A stretch of 64,000 nt of DNA, taken from NCBI GenBank assembly GCA_964478715.1, contig CAYZIY010000001.1:149196-213195 (forward strand), in the 5' to 3' direction. Within the stretch, counting starts at the first letter, position 1. Each line of letters begins with the position of its first letter. The position numbers and the translations under genes are program-made. The notes beneath the pieces were generated by a model. The model was not told the DNA's origin. It did not search any database and worked only from the letters and a program-made list of their open reading frames with translations. This document shows, piece by piece, positions 19,207 to 27,600 of the stretch. The DNA is from an uncultured Planctomycetales bacterium (GTDB taxonomy: Bacteria > Omnitrophota > Gorgyraeia > Zapsychrales > JBDRMG01).

Positions 19207-20601
19207 ATGAGAATCATTAAGAATGTTATGTATCTTGCGGCGGCGGTTTTGATCTTGATTGTTGCCCCGATCGCTCTTTGCGCGGATGATCAACAACTGG
19301 TGAGTCTGGATTACAAGGAAGCCAATCTTTCCAGCGTTCTGCGCGCTTTATCTTATTCCTATGATTTGAATCTGGTGGCCACCAGAGATGTGACCGGAAC
19401 GGTGACGGTGAATCTGCGCGATGTGACGGTGGATGAAGCGCTTCAAGCGATTTTAAGTGTTAACGGTTATGCTTTTACCCGCAAGGGGAATCTTATTTAT
19501 ATCACGCCGGGGCCGGGGACGGAAGGGATCGATTTGGCGACCGAATCGATCCGTCTGAGCTATTTGACCGCGGCCGAGGCCCAGCGTCTCTTGGGGCGGG
19601 TGATTTCCGGCAAAGGCGATATCCAGATCAATGAGGCGACCAATAGTTTAGTGATCACGGACTTTCCGGCCAGTATTCAAAAGGTGAAAGAGGTTCTTGT
19701 CTCCATTGATGTGGCGCCGGCGCAGGTTTTGATCGAATCTAAGATCGTCGATATACAGGATAAGGCCTATGAAAACTTCGGGACGACCTACACATTAACC
19801 TATGATCCCAAGGGATCGACGCCGGGTTTGTTTGACCGGGTCACCAGTTATGATGAATCAATGAGTTCAACAACGACCCTGGCCGGACCGTCTTCGGCAT
19901 TATCCGGCGGGCAGTTTACCTTAACCACCACCATGAAAGATTTCGAGGCAACCGCTACGCTTGATGCGCTGATTCAGGCTAATCAGGCGCGCCTCTTGGC
20001 CTCACCTTCTATTGCGACTCTAAACGGCAAAGAGGCGCGCATTATTATCGGTGAGAAATTTCCCTATAAAGAAAAAACGCAAACCACAACCGGCACCACC
20101 GAAACCACGCGTTTTATCGATGTGGGGACAACTTTAAAAGTTACACCGATGGTTTCACCCGACGGTTGGATCACGATGAATGTGCACCCGGAGGTGTCTT
20201 CGGTGTCGGCCGCGCTTGATGCCGGGCCGCGGATCACCACCCGCGAGGCCGATGCGACCGTGCGGGTAGCCAACGGGCAGACGATTATCATCGGCGGTTT
20301 GATTAATCGCAAAGACGATAAAATCAAAGGCGGGATTCCGTTTCTGCGGGCGATTCCCGTGATCGGGTTTCTGTTTTCCAAACGCAGCAGTGATTTCGAG
20401 GAGACCGAGCTGACGGTTTTTATCACACCCTATATTATCAAGAATCCCCGGCAGATTGCTCAAAAAGATCAGATTTCTTCTCAGGAGGTCTTTTTTGATG
20501 TGAGTCGGGCCGATTATTTACAGAAGGATGCGTATCTGAATCTTCGGGTGATGGAGAAAAAAGAAAAGAATCTGGAAATCGAGACGCAGAGAGCGCAATA
20601 A
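19207..20601 (+). CDS. secretin (PilQ/GspD family), short form without AMIN domains
   Basis: Signal peptide, VSLD...A.L..VL, TNSLVITD, QVLIESKIV, L.VTP, GQTIIIGGL, IP.L..IP.IG.LF, VFITP. Confidence 0.92.
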   Translation: MRIIKNVMYLAAAVLILIVAPIALCADDQQLVSLDYKEANLSSVLRALSYSYDLNLVATRDVTGTVTVNLRDVTVDEALQAILSVNGYAFTRKGNLIYITPGPGTEGIDLATESIRLSYLTAAEAQRLLGRVISGKGDIQINEATNSLVITDFPASIQKVKEVLVSIDVAPAQVLIESKIVDIQDKAYENFGTTYTLTYDPKGSTPGLFDRVTSYDESMSSTTTLAGPSSALSGGQFTLTTTMKDFEATATLDALIQANQARLLASPSIATLNGKEARIIIGEKFPYKEKTQTTTGTTETTRFIDVGTTLKVTPMVSPDGWITMNVHPEVSSVSAALDAGPRITTREADATVRVANGQTIIIGGLINRKDDKIKGGIPFLRAIPVIGFLFSKRSSDFEETELTVFITPYIIKNPRQIAQKDQISSQEVFFDVSRADYLQKDAYLNLRVMEKKEKNLEIETQRAQ

Positions 20602-20603
20602 CG

Positions 20604-21827
20604 ATGCCGCAATACGTTTATAAGGCCAGAGATAATGAAGGGTTGCCGATCCGCGGGGCGGTGGATGCGGTCAGTGAGCTGGCGGTGGTGACTAATCTCA
20701 GGAGTTTGGGCTATCGGGTCGTCTATATCGAGGAACAAAGCGAGGCGAAACGTCTTTGGCAGGACTTGCTTAAAAGGATGAGCCGCATCACCCAGGCTGA
20801 AGTCATCCTTTTTACCCGTCAGCTTTCATCTATGCTTAAAAGCGGTCTGCCGATTACAGACGCTTTGACCAGTTTGATTCAGCAAAGCAAGAATGAAACT
20901 TTTGTTCGCGTGCTTCAAAACGTGCTTAAAGATATAGAGAAAGGCGAGAGTTTTTCCCAGGCTTTGAGCCATCATCCGCGGGTTTTTAACACGCTGTATG
21001 TCAATATGGTTAAAGCCGGAGAGACAGCGGGCGTGCTGCATGAAGTCTTGGATCGACTGGTTGTTTTAAAGACTCAGGAGATGGATGCCCTGATGCGGGT
21101 TCGCTCGGCCATGGTTTATCCGGTGATTCTGGTAACGGCGGCTATTTTTATCGTCGGTTTTCTGATGGCTGTGATTATCCCCAAGTTCGTGGTGATTTTT
21201 GAAACCTATGAAGCCAAGCTTCCTCTGGCCACCCGGGTGTTGATGGGCTTGAGTTTCGCGTTAAAAGATTTCTGGTTTGTTTTTTTGCTGGTTATGGCTT
21301 TGGGCGTTTTCTGGTTTAAGAGATATACGCAGGATGAAGAGGGGCGCTACCAGTTTCATCATTTATTGATCAAGCTTCCGGTCTTTGGAGATTTTTATGT
21401 CAAGATGATCGTCGCCCGCTTTACCCGGATTTTGGGCGTGCTGGTGCGCAGCGGCGTTACGATTTTGGAGGCTCTGGCCGTGACGGAAAAAACGATCAAC
21501 AATGTGGTGATCTCCCGTGTGATCGAAAAGATTCATGTCGCGGTCAGCGAAGGGCAGTCTTTGAGCGAACCGTTTCAGGCCAGCGGGATTTTTCCTCCGA
21601 TGGTGATTCAGATGATCACCGTCGGGGAAAAAAGCGGACGCATGGATCAAATGCTCGCGGAAATTTCCGCCTATTACGATCAGGAGACTGAATATATCAT
21701 CAAGAATGTGACAACCATTTTAGAGCCGGTGTTATTGCTGACGATGGGGGGATTAGTGGCCTTTATCGCGCTGGCGGTTTTGTTGCCGATTTTTAACCTG
21801 ATAAAAGTTTTTCGCGGAGGGATTTAA
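20604..21827 (+). CDS. pilC: platform protein (PilC/GspF), cassette 2
   Basis: FTRQLSSMLKSGLP, AGETAG.L, AMVYP, VGEKSG.MD, LEP. Confidence 0.92.
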   Translation: MPQYVYKARDNEGLPIRGAVDAVSELAVVTNLRSLGYRVVYIEEQSEAKRLWQDLLKRMSRITQAEVILFTRQLSSMLKSGLPITDALTSLIQQSKNETFVRVLQNVLKDIEKGESFSQALSHHPRVFNTLYVNMVKAGETAGVLHEVLDRLVVLKTQEMDALMRVRSAMVYPVILVTAAIFIVGFLMAVIIPKFVVIFETYEAKLPLATRVLMGLSFALKDFWFVFLLVMALGVFWFKRYTQDEEGRYQFHHLLIKLPVFGDFYVKMIVARFTRILGVLVRSGVTILEALAVTEKTINNVVISRVIEKIHVAVSEGQSLSEPFQASGIFPPMVIQMITVGEKSGRMDQMLAEISAYYDQETEYIIKNVTTILEPVLLLTMGGLVAFIALAVLLPIFNLIKVFRGGI

Positions 21828-21930
21828 AGGAAGCCCGGATTTGCAAGACGAAGTGAACGCAAGCCTGTCGGCTGACTTGATTCCGTTTCTTACGGCGGGC
21901 GGGATAAGAGGAGAAAGGAAATTCAAGAAT

Positions 21931-22446
21931 ATGAATAATTCAAGAAATAGAAAAGCGGGTTTGGCGGGTCAATGTTTCTCGTGTAGTCCCCAAAACGCGG
22001 GCCGGATGCAGGGGTTTACCCTCATCGAAATTCTCATAGTGATCAGCATCATTGCCATTTTGGCTTCAACGATTATTCCCAATTTTGTCGGCTTTGATGC
22101 TGAAGCCCGTGTTTCGGCCACCCGGACCAATCTGGAGTCGATCCGCACCCGGATTAATTTATTCAGGGCCAAGGAAGGACGCTACCCTGATTCGCTGGGA
22201 GAGTTGACGACTACAACCTACAATGACGTGGGTGTAAAGAAGGCCTACCTGAGGAAGATCCCGTCCGAGACGATCAGTAGTTCACGGGGCAATAATGATT
22301 ATGCGGATCAAACGCAAGAAGAGACTTTAGGCGGGACCGGCGGATGGATTTATTTCACCGATACCGCCGAGGTGAAGGTCAATGTAGCCAAAGAGCTGGG
22401 GCGGCGGTGGGGAGATTATGCTGATGAAATTCCTTCAGAATGGTAA
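21931..22446 (+). CDS. pilin/pseudopilin (GspG/PilA-like), cassette 2; start uncertain
   Basis: QG|FTLIEILIV, GRYPDSL.EL, YLRKIP, GGWIY. Confidence 0.8.
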   Translation: MNNSRNRKAGLAGQCFSCSPQNAGRMQGFTLIEILIVISIIAILASTIIPNFVGFDAEARVSATRTNLESIRTRINLFRAKEGRYPDSLGELTTTTYNDVGVKKAYLRKIPSETISSSRGNNDYADQTQEETLGGTGGWIYFTDTAEVKVNVAKELGRRWGDYADEIPSEW

Positions 22447-22819
22447 AAGCAAAAAGGAAAACAGCAAATTGAATGAGGAGAATGGCACCATTCTTTTGAC
22501 GACCCTTATTGTATTGATTTTTGCAACGGTCTTAGGGATGAGCCTGATGGTTTTTCTGATGTCGCGAACGAGAGCCGGCACGCTGGAGCTGGCCCGTCTT
22601 GAGGCTCTGTATCTGGCAGAAGCGGGTATCGCCGCTTCTATTTTTGAATTGAGAAATGATATCGATCCCGACGGAAACGGCGTAGGAAATATCAGGGCTC
22701 GTTCATTGGGTGAGGGGACCTGTTGGGCTGTTCATGATTTTGCGACTTCCACCATTGTGGGCACAGGCGAGATGAATCAGGTTCAGCGTTTTATCCAGAT
22801 CAAATACAGCGCGCTTTAG
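22418..22819 (+). CDS. short PilX-like minor pilin
   Basis: NG|TILLTTL lacks Glu5; ALYLAEAGI; ends shortly after IVGTG...RFIQI. Confidence 0.75.
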   Translation: MLMKFLQNGKSKKENSKLNEENGTILLTTLIVLIFATVLGMSLMVFLMSRTRAGTLELARLEALYLAEAGIAASIFELRNDIDPDGNGVGNIRARSLGEGTCWAVHDFATSTIVGTGEMNQVQRFIQIKYSAL

Positions 22820-22832
22820 GTAAGGATGACTC

Positions 22833-24641
22833 ATGGTTGAAAAAAGACGATTGCTGGGAGAATATTTAATCGAGCAGGGGATTATCAGTCCCGACCAGCT
22901 CAAGACGGCGATCGAGGAGGGCAAGCGCTCGAATCGCAAGATCGGGGACGTGCTGATCAAGCTGGGTTACGCCAAGGAAGACGATATTGTAAAGGCCTTA
23001 AGCGAGCAGTTGGGGATTCCCTTTATCGATGTCGACACCTACCAGTTTGATCCTGCAAGCGTGGCTTTGATTCCTTTTGATGCGGCTTTTAAGTTGCGCG
23101 TGATCGGGGTTTACCAAATCGCGAATTCTCTGACCGTGGCCATGACCGACCCGCTCAATGTCACGGTGATCGACGAGCTCGAGAAGCTGACGGGGCTGAC
23201 GATCAACCCTGTTTTTGCCACCCCGACGGGAATCAAAAAAGCGATTCAGAAATATTACTCTCGCGCGGGGTCCTCTGCGACCGGTTTGGGTGTGTCGGGG
23301 GGCTCGGGTACTGCGGCCACTTCGGACTCTGCGGAAACGCTGGACATTTCGGGTGCTTCAGGTACTTCGGGTGTTTCAGGAGTAGCAGACGCGACTGGCG
23401 AGGCTGGCGCGGCTAAAACGGGCGGAATCTCCGCCGGCCGAAGCGACGACTTACCGAAACTAAGAGAACAGGCCGCCCAGGCGCCTGTGATCAAGCTGGT
23501 CAATAAAATCATCGAAGACGCCGTAACGCTTAAGGCCAGCGACGCGCACTTAGAGCCGCAGGACAAGCGATTTCTCTGCCGCTACCGGGTCGACGGAATT
23601 TTGCAGGATTTTATTGAACTGAAAAAAGACCTGGAGCTGGCCACGATCTCACGAATCAAAATCATGGCCAACATCAACATTGCCGAAAAGCGCCTGCCTC
23701 AGGACGGCCGGATTCAAACTCAGGTGAAAGGCAAAGAGATCGATTTGAGAGTGGCCACCTTTCCTACTATTCACGGAGAGCACGTGGCGATTCGCGTTTT
23801 AGATAAATCGACCGGGATACTCAGTTTAGACGAACTGGGTCTGAAAGGGGATCTCTTGAGACAATTTCAGTCTTTGATCACCAAACCGCACGGGCTGTTT
23901 CTGGTGACCGGTCCCACCGGAAGCGGAAAATCCACGACCTTGTATTCGGTTTTGAACACCGTCAATGACAAAAAGAAAAATATTATCACGCTCGAAGATC
24001 CGGTGGAGTACACGATTGAGTATATTCATCAGTCGCAGGTCAATGTAAAAGCCGGTTTGACTTTTGCCGTGGGTTTGCGCTCGATTGTCCGCCTGGATCC
24101 CGACATTATTATGATCGGAGAAATCCGGGACCGGGAGACGGCCGAAATCGCCATTCACGCGGCTTTAACCGGGCACCTGGTTTTCTCGACGCTTCACACA
24201 AATGACGCGCCCAGCGCCTGCGCCCGTCTGATCAATATCGGCTTGGAGTCTTATCTGTTGGCCAGTTCCCTGACCGGCGTGGTGGCCCAGCGGCTGGTCA
24301 GAAAATTGTGCGATCAATGCAAAAAACCTCACAAGCCTGAGCCCCGGGAAATTGAAAGTCTCGGGATGAATCCGTCCGATTTTCAAAACGCACAGATCTT
24401 CCGGGAAAACGGTTGCAAGGCCTGCCGGCAGACCGGCTACAGCGGACGGATCGGTATCTTTGAGATTCTTGTTCCCAATGAAAAAATACGCACACTGATT
24501 ACCCAAAAGGCCTCTTCCAAAGACCTGATGAAAGAAGCCAGGACCTTAAATATGACAACCCTGCTGGAAGACGGTATAGAAAAAATCCGCCTAGGAATCA
24601 CATCGATTTCGGAAATTTTAAGGATTACCGAAGAATCATAA
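22833..24641 (+). CDS. pilB: extension ATPase (PilB/GspE) with MshEN-like N-terminus, cassette 2
   Basis: LLGEYLIEQG/KIGDVLIKLG, ASDAHLEP, GPTGSGKS, VRLDPD, GHLVFSTLH, Cys4. Confidence 0.92.
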   Translation: MVEKRRLLGEYLIEQGIISPDQLKTAIEEGKRSNRKIGDVLIKLGYAKEDDIVKALSEQLGIPFIDVDTYQFDPASVALIPFDAAFKLRVIGVYQIANSLTVAMTDPLNVTVIDELEKLTGLTINPVFATPTGIKKAIQKYYSRAGSSATGLGVSGGSGTAATSDSAETLDISGASGTSGVSGVADATGEAGAAKTGGISAGRSDDLPKLREQAAQAPVIKLVNKIIEDAVTLKASDAHLEPQDKRFLCRYRVDGILQDFIELKKDLELATISRIKIMANINIAEKRLPQDGRIQTQVKGKEIDLRVATFPTIHGEHVAIRVLDKSTGILSLDELGLKGDLLRQFQSLITKPHGLFLVTGPTGSGKSTTLYSVLNTVNDKKKNIITLEDPVEYTIEYIHQSQVNVKAGLTFAVGLRSIVRLDPDIIMIGEIRDRETAEIAIHAALTGHLVFSTLHTNDAPSACARLINIGLESYLLASSLTGVVAQRLVRKLCDQCKKPHKPEPREIESLGMNPSDFQNAQIFRENGCKACRQTGYSGRIGIFEILVPNEKIRTLITQKASSKDLMKEARTLNMTTLLEDGIEKIRLGITSISEILRITEES

Positions 24642-24655
24642 GACCACAGGAATGC

Positions 24656-27600
24656 ATGAAGATCAACAACTGCCGCTTAATGTATTGCTTGCTCAGCCGA
24701 CCCTGCGGTTGCAGAAATGCTTTTTGTCGGCTTTGGCCCCGATTATTTATGGCAGGGGCTGTCTTGCTTTTGATCTCTTTGTGCCTGCCTGAAAATCTTT
24801 ACGCTTACTTGACCGGTGACGCGTGGGATTACGAGCAACAGATCACGGTCACCAATCCCAATGCCGCGTCGCTCAGCAATTACCAGATTCTTGTCGCATT
24901 CGACAGCGCATCCTTGATTACGGCCGGACAGATGGCCGCAGACGGCCGGGATCTGCGATTTACCTCAGCGCAGAATGACGACGCGACCCTGTTGGATTAC
25001 TGGATCGAATCCGGCACGATCAATACGGATGCCACCTATGTTTGGGTTAAGGTGCCTTCACTGGCGGCCTCATCATCCGCGAACATTTACATGTATTACG
25101 GCAACGGAGCCGCACCCGCAGTCAGTTCGCTTGTCTCAACTTTCCGTTCCAGCGATCTCTTTTTATTGACAACCCGTGCCACCGACCAGACCCTGGCCGG
25201 CTACACGGATAATCACGATGAATTTGACGAAATTATTACGCGCATCGGGACGCCCGATTTCGCCGTAGACGGTTCCGGCTATGTGAATGCGGTCAATCAC
25301 AATGCGAATCCCTACGGCAGTTCGGAATACTATTTTTCCCGGTACCGTTTCTTATTTGTCCCTTCTTTAACAGGCACATATTATTTTGGGACCAATTCTG
25401 ACGATGCTTCCGAAATCCTGATCAACAGCGCCGATCAGGACTTAACGCATAATGTGATCGCTTCCTGGTACGGCGGGCATGGAATATCCGGCAGTTTTAA
25501 TCACAACAGTCCGGTTTCTTTAAACGCCGGCTACGGCTATTGGATCGAATACCGGATGACCGAATGGCGCGGCGGGCAGCTCAGCCGGATGGGCATTTTG
25601 CCGCCGGCCGGTTCGTGGCAGATCGTTAACAGCACCAATTTTAGCGGACAGCTGTTCGCCCGAGAGTATGCCGACCAAGAACCGACGGTCAGTTTTCCGC
25701 CTTCCAAACTGGTCTTTACAACCAGCGAGCAAACTATTAATACAGACGGCGTTTCGGGTGTGATCACCATTGAGACTCAGGATCAATTCAGCCATGTGGC
25801 GGTCGCTTCAGCTGATACCGCCATCACGCTAAGCTCGAACTCTTCAACAGGCCAATTTAGCTTAACGGCGGATCCGTTTACGCCTGTCAGTTCCGCGATC
25901 ATTTCTTCCGGTGAAAGTTCTGTCAATCTTTATTATCGCGACAGTTCTTCGGGAACTTTTACCATTTCCGTTTCATCAGCCGGCTTGACCCCGGCGAGTC
26001 AGACAATGAATGTGCAGAATCTAAGCGCGCAGTGGGACCATCGGATTCCCGTTATTATCAATAATGCGGATTGCACTGACGCGCTTAACGATTATCAGGT
26101 TTTAGTGACATTAAACACAGCCGCGATTATCGCCCAGGGAAACATGCAGGCCGACGGAGCGGATATCCGTTTTACGGATTCCGATGACGCGACCTATTTA
26201 TCCTACTGGATCGAATCCGATACCATCAATTCGTCTGATACCTATATTTGGGTAAAAGTTCCCTCCGTCCCGGCTTCGGCGAGCAAGACGATTTATTTAT
26301 ACTACGGAAATGCTTCCGCTACTGAGGTTAGCTCCATTTCTCAGACTTTTAGCGCGGATCAGATCTATTTGTTAACCACGCGCGCTACGGACAGCGGTCT
26401 GGTTGGCTATAGCGACGATCACTCGGAATTTGACCAGATTGTCGACAGGATCGGGCAAGCTGGCTTCACTATTGACGGTACAGGGTATGTCGAGCGCATC
26501 GATCATAATGCCAATCCGTTTGGAAGCGATGAATATTATTTTTCCCGCTACCGTTTTCTCTTTACGCCTGCGGTAACCGGCGAATACTATTTCGGCACCG
26601 ACAGCGACGACGCTTCCGAGATTTTGGTTAACCGCGCGGACGAAGACCAGGCGCACAATGTGATCGCTTCCTGGTACGGCGGGCACGGCACGGCCGGTAA
26701 TTTCAACCATAATGGGGCTGTGAATCTGGAGGCGGACAAAGGCTATTGGGTCGAATACCGCATGACCGAATGGCGCGGCGGGCAGCTCAGCCGGATGGGT
26801 GTTTTGGAACCGGGTTCCTCCTTTAAAACACTGACCGCGGATAATTTTCCGGGGCAAATCTTCACGCGGAAATACTCAACCTGTCTGCCGAGCTCAACCG
26901 AGCAATTTCCGATCACCCGGATTGCCTTTATATCTCCATCGCAATCCATCTATGAAGATCGGGTTTCAAATCAGATAACGATCGAGACGCAGGATGTAAA
27001 CGGGGATCCGGTCGCGGTCACAGAAGACACAACGATCAATCTGCAAACGACATCTTCGAAAGGAGAATTCAGTCTTAATGAGTCACCGTTTCTTGCCGTT
27101 CATTCCGTTACGATCAGCGCCGATTCAAGCAGCGCGAGTTTTTATTACCGGGACCGTGAAGCAGGCTCCTATACCTTAAGCGCATTGGAGTCTCCCGGTC
27201 GCGGCTGGGACGACGGCCAGCAGACTATTGAAGTTCTTGTTTTTGATTATATCGGAAGCTACCAATATCCCGTGACGATCACCAATCCCAACGCTGAGGA
27301 TCTATCCGATTGCCAGGTGAAAGTGACCGTGGACACGGCAAGCTTGATTGCAGAAGGGAAAATGCTGGCCGATGGCTCGGATATCCGCTTTACCGACGAG
27401 GACGATGCGACGCTGTTGTCTTATTGGATCGAATCCGATACAATGAACACCGCGCAAACTTATCTGTGGGTCAGAGTTCCGTTTCTTGCGTCTTTATCCA
27501 ATAAAACCATCTATATGTATTACGGTAATCCAGGGGCAGCCGCGGTCAGTTCGATAGCTTCGACATTTCAAGAGGACCAGATTTATCTGACGACCACCCG

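Noticed and set aside
21828-21930. GC-rich ~100-nt gap before the cassette-2 pilin with loose resemblance to a c-di-GMP-I riboswitch (GCAA...ACGCAAGCC...CTGA...ACGGC)
   Set aside because: No GAAA tetraloop stem or properly paired receptor could be built by eye; an Infernal/Rfam search would be needed, so it is not called
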